64,000 nt of DNA, taken from NCBI GenBank assembly GCA_963843575.1, contig CAWJKZ010000014.1:832001-896000 (forward strand), in the 5' to 3' direction. The DNA comes from an uncultured Acidobacteriota bacterium. Its GTDB lineage: Bacteria; Acidobacteriota; UBA6911. Under the pieces are notes generated by a model that was not told the origin of the DNA, did no database searches, and worked only from the letters and a program-made list of their open reading frames with translations. Below, piece after piece: positions 18,420 through 28,040 of this stretch. The first letter of the stretch is position 1. Each line of letters opens with the position of its first letter. The position numbers and the translations under genes were made by a program.

Positions 18420-19598
18420 ATGGCCGCCGCCGTCACCCACTCCGTGCTCGATCTCCTGCGCTGGCTGTTCCTGCTCCCGGCCATCGGCGGCTCCGTCTAC
18501 GCCCTGCTCTCGCTGCTTGCGGTGGTCGGCTTGCGCATCCGCCAGAACAAGGCGGCCCGCGTCCCGTCAGGCCCCTGGCCGGCCGTCACCGTCCTCAAAC
18601 CGGTGTATGGGATCGAGAAGAACCAGCGCGAAAACCTCCGCAGCACTTGCCAGCAAGACTACCCGGAGTACCAGGTCGTCTTCTCGGTGCAGAAGGAGGA
18701 CGAACCTGCTCTACCCTTGCTGTACGACCTGCAGCGCGAATTCGGCAGCCTCCGGGTGACGGTGGCGGTCGAGAACTTCGTCGCGGGTCCCAACGGCAAG
18801 ATTAACAACATGATCGGCGGCTTGCGCCACGCGCGGCACGACGTGCTCGTCATCAGCGACAGCGACGTGAACCTCCGGCCCGACTACCTTCGGGCGATCG
18901 TCGCCCCGCTTGCCGATCCCGGCGTCGGCTGCTCCTGCACGTTCTACAAGGCCGCGTGCGCCGACACCTGGTACGAGAAGCTGGAGCTTCTCACCCTGAA
19001 TGCGGACTTCATGGCCAATGTCGTCTTCGCGCACATCACCGGCGCATCGAGGTTCTGCCTGGGAGCGTCGGTCGCGTTGCGCCGCGAGGTGCTCGAGAGC
19101 ATCGGGGGGCTGGAGACCCTCGCCGACTATCTCGTGGAAGACTATGAAATGGGGCGACGGATCTGGACTTCGGGCAAGAAGGTCGTCATCGTGCCCTATT
19201 TCGTCGACACCATGGTGGACCTCAAGTCCCCGCGGCAATGGTGGAATCACCAGGTCTACTGGGATCAGAATACGCGGGCAGCGAGACCGTTCGCCTTCTT
19301 CGCAACGGCGCTGATTCGCTCCACACCCTTCGCTCTACTGTACGCCCTGCTGCGCACCGGCGTCCCCGGGATCGCGCTGCTCGCCGCGGCCGTCGCGGTC
19401 CGGACCCTGACGGCCGCCCTGATCCTCGGCTGGGGATTCAAGGACCGCGAAGGGTTGAAGAACGTCGGGCTCCTGTTTTTCAGGGACGTGGCTTCGCTCG
19501 TCTCCTGGCTGCTGGCCTTCACCAAGAGGACGACGATCTGGCGAGGTTCCGAATTCGTGCTGACGCGCGACGGCCGCCTGGTCGCGCGCGAGTCGTGA
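18420..19598 (+). CDS. hpnI: HpnI-like / ceramide glucosyltransferase-like GT2 (GT21) glycosyltransferase
   Basis: N-terminal TM, VTVLKPVYG, QDYPEY, GPNGKINN, VISDSDV, LADYLVEDY, QVYW (QxxRW variant), C-terminal TMs and TIWRG..F. Confidence 0.8.
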   Translation: MAAAVTHSVLDLLRWLFLLPAIGGSVYALLSLLAVVGLRIRQNKAARVPSGPWPAVTVLKPVYGIEKNQRENLRSTCQQDYPEYQVVFSVQKEDEPALPLLYDLQREFGSLRVTVAVENFVAGPNGKINNMIGGLRHARHDVLVISDSDVNLRPDYLRAIVAPLADPGVGCSCTFYKAACADTWYEKLELLTLNADFMANVVFAHITGASRFCLGASVALRREVLESIGGLETLADYLVEDYEMGRRIWTSGKKVVIVPYFVDTMVDLKSPRQWWNHQVYWDQNTRAARPFAFFATALIRSTPFALLYALLRTGVPGIALLAAAVAVRTLTAALILGWGFKDREGLKNVGLLFFRDVASLVSWLLAFTKRTTIWRGSEFVLTRDGRLVARES

Positions 19599-20446
19599 GA
19601 AGGGTCATAGTGACGGGGGACGACTTCGGCCTGGCGGTTCCGGTCAACGAGGCGATCGCCGAAGCCCACGTCCGCGGCATCCTGACGGCCGCCAGCCTGA
19701 TGGTGTCGGCCGATGCCGCTGCCGACGCCCTGCAACGCGCGCGGCGGCTCCCGAGCCTGCGCGTCGGCCTGCACCTCGTGCTGGTCGAGGGGCGCCCAGC
19801 GCTTCCCCCGGAAGAGGTTCCCGACCTGGTGGATGCCGAAGGGCGTTTCTCCACGAAACTGGTGCGGGCGGGAGTCAATTTCTTTTTTCGGCCCGGGGTG
19901 CGGAGACAGATCGAAGCCGAAGTGCGGGCCCAGTTCGAAGCCTTTCGCAGGACGGGACTCGCGCTGGATCACGTGAACGCGCACAACCACATGCACCTTC
20001 ATCCGACGGTCCTCGGCGCTCTGCTCCGAGTCGGTCGGGAATACGGGATGCACGCGGTCCGCGTGCCGTACGAGCCGCCGATCCGCTCCTTCCGGGCGTC
20101 CAGGAAATCGGCCGGAGGCAAGGCGGCCGCCTGGCTTTTCTTCGCGCCCTGGATGGCGTTGCTGAAAGCGAGGCTCAGACACAGTCGCTTACGCTGCAAC
20201 GATTACCTGTTCGGGATGTCCGACAGCGGCGCGATGACCGCGGATCTCCTTCGGGCCTTTCTCCGGGAACTGCCGGAAGGGGTAACGGAGATCTACTTCC
20301 ACCCCGCAACCCGGCGCTGCGCGGCGCTCGACCGCGCCATGCCCGGGTACGATCACCAGGGGGAGTTCCAAGCCCTGACGCAACCCGGTCTCCCGGCCGA
20401 ACTGGAACGAGAGGGGATCGAACGCATCGCGTTCAGCGATCTCTGA
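19595..20446 (+). CDS. hpnK: HpnK / ChbG-YdjC family carbohydrate deacetylase
   Basis: VIVTGDDFG, GILTAASLMV, VGLHLVLVEG, DHVNAHNHMHLHP, EIYFHP. The GTG start overlaps the hpnI TGA. Confidence 0.85.
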   Translation: MRRVIVTGDDFGLAVPVNEAIAEAHVRGILTAASLMVSADAAADALQRARRLPSLRVGLHLVLVEGRPALPPEEVPDLVDAEGRFSTKLVRAGVNFFFRPGVRRQIEAEVRAQFEAFRRTGLALDHVNAHNHMHLHPTVLGALLRVGREYGMHAVRVPYEPPIRSFRASRKSAGGKAAAWLFFAPWMALLKARLRHSRLRCNDYLFGMSDSGAMTADLLRAFLRELPEGVTEIYFHPATRRCAALDRAMPGYDHQGEFQALTQPGLPAELEREGIERIAFSDL

Positions 20447-20479
20447 CCCGGCGCCGTCCATAGCAGAGAGGAGCACGTC

Positions 20480-20863
20480 ATGTTCCGAGTACTGGTGGCG
20501 ATGACCATCGCGGCGGCCTCCGCGGCAGTGGGGCAGATCCTCGTCCGGCGCGGCATGCAGCAAGTCGGCAGCCTGGAGACATGGTCCCCCGTGCCGCTCG
20601 CCGTGTACTTCTGGCACGCCCTGACCAATGCTTACGTGATTGCCGGGACGGCGCTCAATGCCATCTTCTATTTTCTTTTCCTGGCGGCGCTCTCCTGGAC
20701 GGACGTCACGGTCGCACTGCCGATGACGGCGATCGAGTACGCCTTCGCCGCCGTGCTGGCGGTCGCCTTCCTGCACGAAGCGGTCTCCCCCCTGCGCTGG
20801 AGTGGAATTGCGCTTGTTGCCGCGGGGGTTATACTCATTGCGCTGGGAGGGGGGGAGACGTAG
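20480..20863 (+). CDS. Small 4-TM EamA/ArnE-like (DMT) transporter or flippase subunit
   Basis: 127 aa, four TMs; GQIL.RRGM, ALSW.DV.VALP, FL.E.VS..RW.GI.L...GV motifs. Confidence 0.8.
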   Translation: MFRVLVAMTIAAASAAVGQILVRRGMQQVGSLETWSPVPLAVYFWHALTNAYVIAGTALNAIFYFLFLAALSWTDVTVALPMTAIEYAFAAVLAVAFLHEAVSPLRWSGIALVAAGVILIALGGGET

Positions 20864-20925
20864 CGCCCCGCCGGTTTCTGGTTCATCTTCACGCTCGCTC
20901 AACCTAATAACACAAGGACGCATTC

Positions 20926-22077
20926 ATGACAGAACAGAAATCCGATACAGCTGCCGAGGCCCGCAGGAGGGTACCGGCGGCGAAAATCCAGTTCCTTCCC
21001 GAAGACCGCGCCTGGATTGCGGAAAAGATCCAGGAGGTACTGGCCACCGGCCGGTTGACGCTGGGCAGGTACGGGGAGGAGTTTGAACGGAAGTTCGCCG
21101 ACCTTTGCGGCGTGAGCCACGCCGTTGCCGTAAACAGCGGCACCAGCGCGCTGGAGATCGTTTTGAGGGCGCTCGGGGTCGACGGAAAAGACGTGCTGGT
21201 TCCGACCAACACCTTTTTCGCCACCGCCGCCGCCGTGGTGCACGCCGGAGGCAACCCTGTCCTGGTGGACATGGAGCCCGAGTCGTTCGCGCTCGATCCG
21301 GCCGACGTCGAGCGGAGGATCACGCCGCGCACCGCCGGGATTGTCGCCGTGCACATCGGGGGGATCGTCTCGCGGCAGATGCCGGCCCTCGCCGACCTGG
21401 CCGCCCGCAAAGGGATGTGGCTCGTCGAGGATGCGGCCCACGCACACGGTTCGTCCATGGACGGGATCGCGGCCGGCGCCTTCGGGGTCGCGGCGGGCTT
21501 TAGCTTTTACCCGACCAAGGTCATGACTTCCGCGGAGGGCGGCATGATCGTCACCCGCGACACGCGCATCGCGGAAGAGGCCCGGATCTACCGGGACCAG
21601 GGCAAGGCGAGCTTCACCCAGAATGCGCACGTCCGCATGGGGTACAACTGGCGGATGTCGGAACCGCACGCCATCATCGGACTTCGCCACCTCCTGCGCC
21701 TGCCGGGCATGATCGCCGACCGGCAGGCGATCGCCCGGATCTACGACCGCGCGCTGGAACAGTTCTCCGGGCTGCGCGCGGTGCACACCCCGGCGGGAGG
21801 GGTCTGCAATTACTACAAGTACATCGCGGTCCTGAAAGAACACCGCGACCGGAAAGCGCTCAAGAGCCTGTTGCGGGAACGCTACGGCGTCTCCCTGGCC
21901 GGCGAGGTCTACGAGGAGCCCCTGCACAAACAACCCGTCTTCGCGCCTTACATTTCGGGACCATTGCCGGTGTCCGAGGACCTCTGCGCCCGGCACATCT
22001 GCCTGCCAGTGTTTTCCGGGATGCAGGAGAGCGAAGCGCAGCAGGTCATCCAGGCACTTGCGGCCGTCATTGGCTAA
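20926..22077 (+). CDS. DegT/DnrJ/EryC1/StrS PLP-dependent sugar aminotransferase (ArnB family)
   Basis: AVNSGTSAL, TFFATA, VEDAAHAHG, FSFYPTKVMTSAEGG (PLP Lys), GYNWRMSE, LPVFSGM. Confidence 0.93.
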   Translation: MTEQKSDTAAEARRRVPAAKIQFLPEDRAWIAEKIQEVLATGRLTLGRYGEEFERKFADLCGVSHAVAVNSGTSALEIVLRALGVDGKDVLVPTNTFFATAAAVVHAGGNPVLVDMEPESFALDPADVERRITPRTAGIVAVHIGGIVSRQMPALADLAARKGMWLVEDAAHAHGSSMDGIAAGAFGVAAGFSFYPTKVMTSAEGGMIVTRDTRIAEEARIYRDQGKASFTQNAHVRMGYNWRMSEPHAIIGLRHLLRLPGMIADRQAIARIYDRALEQFSGLRAVHTPAGGVCNYYKYIAVLKEHRDRKALKSLLRERYGVSLAGEVYEEPLHKQPVFAPYISGPLPVSEDLCARHICLPVFSGMQESEAQQVIQALAAVIG

Positions 22078-22088
22078 GGGGAATCCAC

Positions 22089-23006
22089 ATGGCTAAGACT
22101 ATCGTTACCGGCGGAAGTGGTTTCATCGGATCTCACGTGGTCGACGCGCTCAAGGACGCCGGCCACGACGTCACGATCCTCGATTACCGGGTCAAGCCGC
22201 ACAGGACGGACGTCGGGTTTGAAAACGTCGATCTGATGGACCTCTCGTCCGTCCTGTCGGCGACCCGCGGCGCCGAACACATCTTTCACCTGGCAGCTGT
22301 CTCGAACGTCAACTACGCGTACAAGTATCCCGTCTACACGACCTCGCTCAACGTGGTAGGCACCGCCAACGTGCTCGAGGCCGCCCGCATCCACGGCAAC
22401 GCGCGGGTGTACATGGCTTCCACCGTCTGGGTGTACAACGGCTCCCCGAACGGCGAGCCTCTCGACGAGGCGACTCCCTTCTACCTCGACGGGGCCGGGC
22501 ACATCTACACCTCGACAAAAATGGCCGGCGAGATGCTCTGCCACAACTACCACCAGCTGTACAAAGTCCCATTCACCGTCCTGAGGCTCGGGATACCGTA
22601 CGGGCCGCGGATGCGCGAGGAACTCCTGATCCCGATCTTCATCAGGAAAGCGCTCGACGGAGAACCCCTCACGATCGCGGGCAAGGGAAGTCAGTATCGC
22701 AACTTCATCTATGTCCGGGACCTCGCCGATGCCCACGTGCTGGCGATGTCCGAGCGCGCGGCCAACCAGACCTATAACCTCGAGGGCACCCGGAAGGTCA
22801 CTGTCCTGGCGGTCGCCGAGGGGATCCGGCGCAGCATCGGCGACCACGTCCGCATCGAGTTCGTCCCGGAGCGCCCGGGCGATTTCGGGGGGAAGCAGGT
22901 CTCGGCGAAAAAGGCGCAGGTCGAACTCGCCTGGAAGCCCGCAGTGGAGTTCGAGGACGGGCTAAGCCAGACGGTCGAGTGGTTCCGCGCAAAGTGGGGG
23001 AAATAG
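22089..23006 (+). CDS. NAD-dependent nucleotide-sugar epimerase/dehydratase (extended SDR)
   Basis: TGGSGFIG, HLAA, NVVGT.NVLEAA, YTSTK (YxxxK), YGP, RNFIYV.DLA, RPGD. Confidence 0.92.
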   Translation: MAKTIVTGGSGFIGSHVVDALKDAGHDVTILDYRVKPHRTDVGFENVDLMDLSSVLSATRGAEHIFHLAAVSNVNYAYKYPVYTTSLNVVGTANVLEAARIHGNARVYMASTVWVYNGSPNGEPLDEATPFYLDGAGHIYTSTKMAGEMLCHNYHQLYKVPFTVLRLGIPYGPRMREELLIPIFIRKALDGEPLTIAGKGSQYRNFIYVRDLADAHVLAMSERAANQTYNLEGTRKVTVLAVAEGIRRSIGDHVRIEFVPERPGDFGGKQVSAKKAQVELAWKPAVEFEDGLSQTVEWFRAKWGK

Positions 23007-23083
23007 CAGCACCGCAGAGTCTCGCGAAGTCGCGGCGGGACCGGTAGCCACCACCACCTGGGGGTCAGCTCGAGGATCTCCCG

Positions 23084-24808
23084 CTAATCCAGGGGCTGGT
23101 TGCACAGGCAAGTGCGGCCCGACGACCGGAGCAGCACCTGACAGGAGCCGAGCGCCAGAGAAGGGAGACGCTCGTCCGCGGCCAGGACGAAGACCCGCGC
23201 CGGTCCGGACCACAGTTTCTCGAAATCGTCCCGCGACAGGATTATCTTCGGGGCGTCCGGGTAACGCAGCCCCCATTGCAGGACCGCGGCCGTCCCTCCG
23301 TACACCTCCAACCGCAGGTCGGTGTAGAAGTTCAACGAGTTGGCCGTCTCGAAGTCGCCGGCAACCACGACGCGATCTCCCTCGCGCGCGACCGCCCGGA
23401 TGGCGCTGGCGAACTGCCGGGTCGACAACATCCCCTCGCAAATCCCGAGGCTCTGGTATGCGAACAGACAGAAAGCCCCGACCGTCGCGCCGAGGGCCAG
23501 TATCGCCGGCCGGAAGTGCCTGCGCCGGTTGAGCCACCAGCCCGAAAGCAGCCCCAGCGACAGCACCGTTCCCGCCCCGACCAGCGGACCCACGAGGCGG
23601 GCCCGCACCTCCGCGGGAAGGTCGTAGACCGGGGCGAAGTAATATTGATACGCGCGGACGTGTGCTCCGGCGCCGCCGCTTCCCCTCCAGACAGCCGTCG
23701 TCCAGTGCAGGAGCATACCGAGCAGCGCAAGCGCAATCAGACAGCCCAGCACCGCGAGAGCGGAGAATGCACGGCCCGTCCACGCCTCCCTGTTTCCCGA
23801 AGCCGTCGCAACGGCCACCAGCAGGGCGAGCGGGGGCAAGACGGGCATCGCATAGTGCTCGATCCGCGACGAAGCGCTGAAGAACACCACCACGACGGCC
23901 ACCCACACGAGTGCTATTCTGACCAGGGTCCTCGAACGCTCCGAATCCCCTCCGGCCCGCAGCAGACGCGGGATCGCGGGCAGGAAGGCACTCCAGGGGA
24001 AAAACCAGATTAGCACCAGGCCCCAGAACACACCGAGCGGGATGGACTCGTAATCCAATGGCTGCCGGCGCCCCAGGAACCGCAGGAAATGCTCGTTGAC
24101 GAAGTAATACCAGAGGAATCCCGGAACCCGGCGCGCAGCTTCCAGATGCCACGGCAGGGCCAGCGCCAGGAACAGGGCGCTGCCTCGCCACGGGTAGAAC
24201 CTGCGCAATCGGCCGAGGTCCCGGCTCAACACCAGAAACAGCACGACGATCGCGGTGGGGAAAACGACTCCGATCAATCCCTTCGACAGCACCCCTCCGG
24301 CAGCCCCTGCGTAGAACAGCAGCGCGGCGCGTGGGGACGGGCTCGGGCGCGTGTACCATCGGGCAAAACCGCATAAGGACAGGGTCAGGAAGAACAAAAA
24401 CAGCATGTCCGGGAAAACCATCCGGGTGAACAGGAAGGTCCCGATCGAGAGGCTCCCCGCCAACGCTGCGGTATATCCGGCGGTTTCGCCCGCCGCCTCC
24501 CGGGCCATGACAAACAGCAGGACCGCGCAGCCGAGCACGGCGAGAACCGAAGGAAACCGGGCGCCGAATTCCGTCACCCCGAAGACGCTGTAGGAAAGGG
24601 CCATCGACCAGTACATCAGCGGAGGCTTGTCGAGGAAGCGCACCCCGTTGGCATAGGGCACGACCCAATCGCCCCGGTTGAACATCTCGCGGGCGACGGT
24701 GGCGTAGAGAGCGTCCCCGTCGTCGAGGATCGCGCGGCTTCGGGCCGTCGCCAGGTACACGCCGCCGATCAGCAGGATCAGCAGCAGGAGACTGAGCTTC
24801 TGACGCAT
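23084..24808 (-). CDS. ArnT-like GT83/GT39 lipid-carrier glycosyltransferase
   Basis: DGDALYATVAREM...GDWVVPYANG..FLDKPPLMYW, EFGARFPS, LSKGLIG, PWH, HFLRF, FFPWS; multi-TM. Confidence 0.88.
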   Translation of the reverse strand: MRQKLSLLLLILLIGGVYLATARSRAILDDGDALYATVAREMFNRGDWVVPYANGVRFLDKPPLMYWSMALSYSVFGVTEFGARFPSVLAVLGCAVLLFVMAREAAGETAGYTAALAGSLSIGTFLFTRMVFPDMLFLFFLTLSLCGFARWYTRPSPSPRAALLFYAGAAGGVLSKGLIGVVFPTAIVVLFLVLSRDLGRLRRFYPWRGSALFLALALPWHLEAARRVPGFLWYYFVNEHFLRFLGRRQPLDYESIPLGVFWGLVLIWFFPWSAFLPAIPRLLRAGGDSERSRTLVRIALVWVAVVVVFFSASSRIEHYAMPVLPPLALLVAVATASGNREAWTGRAFSALAVLGCLIALALLGMLLHWTTAVWRGSGGAGAHVRAYQYYFAPVYDLPAEVRARLVGPLVGAGTVLSLGLLSGWWLNRRRHFRPAILALGATVGAFCLFAYQSLGICEGMLSTRQFASAIRAVAREGDRVVVAGDFETANSLNFYTDLRLEVYGGTAAVLQWGLRYPDAPKIILSRDDFEKLWSGPARVFVLAADERLPSLALGSCQVLLRSSGRTCLCNQPLD

Positions 24809-24842
24809 GCGCTACATGAACCCCGCGAGGCAGGCCGCGCCC

Positions 24843-26051
24843 CTACCGCGATTCCCTGCCCGATGCTGGAGAGAGCGCCCCGGGAACCCCGTAGGGGGGC
24901 AGCCGGCGACGGATGGCCCACTGCAGGCCGATAATCATGGCGCAGCTGACGACCGTTATCCAGAATCCTATGCCCACGCCGTGGGATTGGGAAACCCTGC
25001 CGAAAACCCAGGGCGACGTCATGCCGCCGGCCAGAGCCATCACGAAAATCACGCTGAAGGCGGAGCCGGAATAGCTGGCGAACGCCGCTCCCGCCTGGGC
25101 CAGTGTCGTGGGGAAGATGGCCGCAAAACCGAGCCCGACACAGGCGACCAGGCCGGCCGCGAGCACGGGGTCATGCACCAGGGTCAGGCCGGCCGAACCC
25201 AGCAGGGCCAGCAACGCGCTTCCCATCACCAGAAGGGCCGGCGCAACACGGGCCCCCAACCTGCTCACCCCCCAACGCCCCGCCATCATCGCCGCCCAGT
25301 AGCCGGCCAGGACGTAGGCCGCACCGCGCGGCTCGAACCCGAGGCGCTCCCCCAGGAAAGTCGAGATCCACCCGCCCATGGTGAATTCGTTGCCGCTCTG
25401 AAAAAACAGCAGGAATCCGAAAATGAACAGGAGGGGATCAGCGAGAAACCGGCGCAGTTCGGCTACGGACATCCCCCCCTGGTGTTTGGGGGGCGGGAAC
25501 CGCGCCACCACAAACAGGATGAACGGCCCGCCGGCGAGGCAGGCGAGCGCCGCCAGGATCCGCTGCAGCCCGGCGAACTGCAGGAGGGTGCCCACCAGAA
25601 ACGGCATAAAGAGCGCACCGAAGCCGAAGTATATGCCGAGCCGATTCAACGCGCTCGCGCGCCGCTCAGGGTTGATGTCGTTCAGGAGGGCGTTGGTGCC
25701 CCCGTTGAGCGCACCGCCACCGAGCCCGAGCACCGCCAGCGACACCAGGACCAGGCCGTACGTGCGCGACAGGGCCAGCCCCGCGAACGCGCCCCCGACC
25801 AGGACCGTGCTCCAGAGGAGCAGCACCCGGAAACCGAAGCGGTCGCAGATCGGCCCGAAGAACAGCGAGCTGACTAGCATCGCGAAGTTCATGGCAAGAA
25901 ACAGCCGCCCGGCGTCCGCTTTCTCGAACCCGACCGCGACGAAGAGCGCGGGAAGGAGCGACCCAAGCGACGACATGACGATGCCGAAGACGAAGGCCCC
26001 GGCAAAAACCGAGGCCTGCAACCCGCCGAATCGCGGGTGTGTGGAATCCAC
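24843..26051 (-). CDS. MFS transporter (FucP/sugar-like)
   Basis: About 12 TMs, G.ICDRFGFR motif A, GNEFTMGGWIS, GLGFAAIFPT. Confidence 0.85.
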   Translation of the reverse strand: MDSTHPRFGGLQASVFAGAFVFGIVMSSLGSLLPALFVAVGFEKADAGRLFLAMNFAMLVSSLFFGPICDRFGFRVLLLWSTVLVGGAFAGLALSRTYGLVLVSLAVLGLGGGALNGGTNALLNDINPERRASALNRLGIYFGFGALFMPFLVGTLLQFAGLQRILAALACLAGGPFILFVVARFPPPKHQGGMSVAELRRFLADPLLFIFGFLLFFQSGNEFTMGGWISTFLGERLGFEPRGAAYVLAGYWAAMMAGRWGVSRLGARVAPALLVMGSALLALLGSAGLTLVHDPVLAAGLVACVGLGFAAIFPTTLAQAGAAFASYSGSAFSVIFVMALAGGMTSPWVFGRVSQSHGVGIGFWITVVSCAMIIGLQWAIRRRLPPYGVPGALSPASGRESR

Positions 26052-26078
26052 CCTCAGCCCCTCCCCCAGCGTCCCGGG

Positions 26079-26840
26079 TTACGATTTCTTCCCGCGGGCG
26101 TAGTAGAAATCGGTGAACGCCTGGTACACGCCATCCATGTGGCCCGAGGGCACGCCCCGCACGTTCGGCGACACGAATGTGGGCGGCACGCCGCCACGCC
26201 GGGCGAGCTGCGCTCCCGTTTCGGCCACGAGCGCCATCGCGATCGTCACGGCGGCAACCGTCGAGCCCGCGGCGATCCGTTCGACCTGGCCGACATCCAC
26301 CAGCGCGTCCTCGGGAGGAACGCAGTTGTCTATGTTGACGTCCCCTGCGTCCGAGAGCCGGAAACCCGAGCTGTGTGTCGGGGTGGCCACCCTGGCATTC
26401 TGGTGCGACGAGACCGTCACGACCGTCAGCCCCTTCTTGCGCGCTTCGAGGGCCACCTCGATCGGGGCGGCATTCATCCCCCCGTGCGAAAAAACCAGCA
26501 TGCAGTCGCGCTGTTCAAGGGCGTAGCTCTGCAGGAAGACCGCCGCGTATCCCTCGCGGCGCTCCAGCCAGAGGAGCTCCCGGGCTCCACCGGGCCCGAT
26601 GACGTTGGTCCACATGAGGCGCGGGTCGTAAAGCGGGTAGAAGCCCACGAAGCTCCCGTAGCGCGGGTAGATGTCCAGCACGGGAATGACGCTGTGGCCG
26701 CTGCCGAAAACATACACCCGGCCTCCGCTGGCAATGCTCTCGGCCATCCGGATACCGGCGGTCTCGATCGCCTCGGCCTGCGTCGCTTTGATCTGCTGAG
26801 TGATTTCCTGGATACGGTCCAGGTATGTGTTGGCTGACAT
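26079..26840 (-). CDS. SIS-domain sugar isomerase-like protein
   Basis: VYVFGSGHS, LERREGYA, FSHGG.N..PIEVA, HSSG.RL, IDN..P.EDA, F.SPN. Confidence 0.85.
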   Translation of the reverse strand: MSANTYLDRIQEITQQIKATQAEAIETAGIRMAESIASGGRVYVFGSGHSVIPVLDIYPRYGSFVGFYPLYDPRLMWTNVIGPGGARELLWLERREGYAAVFLQSYALEQRDCMLVFSHGGMNAAPIEVALEARKKGLTVVTVSSHQNARVATPTHSSGFRLSDAGDVNIDNCVPPEDALVDVGQVERIAAGSTVAAVTIAMALVAETGAQLARRGGVPPTFVSPNVRGVPSGHMDGVYQAFTDFYYARGKKS

Positions 26841-26942
26841 TGTCTCCTCCTGAGTCAGGACCTGCGGCAGAAGGGTGGGGGCAACTCGGGCCCAGCCCCG
26901 TTCATCGTGAATCTCCCGCCCCTGAAACCGTCGCGGCTGCGT

Positions 26943-27857
26943 TCAAGCGTAGTCGAGCGCAATGCGAGCCGCCCCGACGAGGCCGGCCCGGGGACCAAGC
27001 GCCGACAGCTCGATCCGGACCCGCCGGGCGGCAATCGGCTGAGCCCACCGGACGAATTCCGCGCGCACACGGTCGATCAGCTCATTGCCCTCCTGGAGCA
27101 GCCCGCCTCCGAGCACAACCATCTCGGGATTGAGCGTGCTCACGAGGTTCGCCACCCCCATCCCCAGGTACAGGGCGACTTCGGTCAGGAGCTCGCACGC
27201 CACCGGGTCGCCCCGCCGCGCGGCCGCCAACACACCGGGGACCGATCCGGGCGGCGGAGTCATCTTCTGTGCCGCCTTTGTCGCGACCGAGTTTCCCGAC
27301 GCCTCCGCTTCGAAGCACCCCATCGCGGCATAGGCCTCCCGGTAGCGCGGGTCCAGCGCCAGCCACCCGACCGCCCCGGCGAGGTCGTCGTGCCCGTGAA
27401 CGAGCCGGCCACCGGTCAGGATACCGGCCCCGATCCCGGTTCCCACGGCGAGGAAGACGACGTCGGCGAGGCCGCGCGCCACCCCCAGCCAGGACTCGCC
27501 CTTCACATAGCCGCTGCGGTCGGAGTCGAGCACGATCGGGATGGGAATGCGTTCCGCCAGCCTGCTTTCCAGCGGGATGTGGTTCCACCCGGTCACGTTG
27601 GGAGCCCACACGGTTCGGGCCTTGCGGTCGACCCAGCCCGGGACGACAATCCCCACCGCTGACGTCGAAACATCCCGCGGCGCGCGGGACACGGCTTCCT
27701 CGGCCAGGGCGACGATCTGCTCGACCGAGGCCTCCGCCGAGTCGCGCGGCGTCGGAACCGTACGTTCAAACAGCATCTCTCCGTCTGCCAGGAAGAGACC
27801 GCAGGCGATCTTGGTCCCGCCGACGTCGAGCGCGATGACTCCCAGCCGTTCCGACAT
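26943..27857 (-). CDS. ROK family sugar kinase (glucokinase-like)
   Basis: LDVGGTKI, GIVVPGWVD, GE.WLG, VGTGIGAG, GCFEAEASG, LNPEMVVLGGG; no N-terminal HTH. Confidence 0.88.
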   Translation of the reverse strand: MSERLGVIALDVGGTKIACGLFLADGEMLFERTVPTPRDSAEASVEQIVALAEEAVSRAPRDVSTSAVGIVVPGWVDRKARTVWAPNVTGWNHIPLESRLAERIPIPIVLDSDRSGYVKGESWLGVARGLADVVFLAVGTGIGAGILTGGRLVHGHDDLAGAVGWLALDPRYREAYAAMGCFEAEASGNSVATKAAQKMTPPPGSVPGVLAAARRGDPVACELLTEVALYLGMGVANLVSTLNPEMVVLGGGLLQEGNELIDRVRAEFVRWAQPIAARRVRIELSALGPRAGLVGAARIALDYA

Positions 27858-28040
27858 GCGCCAACCCTGGTGGTCTTGGTTTGTCCGAGGTCCCCGGAGA
27901 ACCCACCCGCCGTTCGCGGCGGATCCCGGCCCCCACGTCCTGCGAGGCCGGCTTCGCTGATGACCGCGGCATCGAAAAGACCTATAGTAGGCGAGGCAGG
28001 TCCATTCTGGCATTGTTCGGGTGCCAGATTAAGAAATTTC

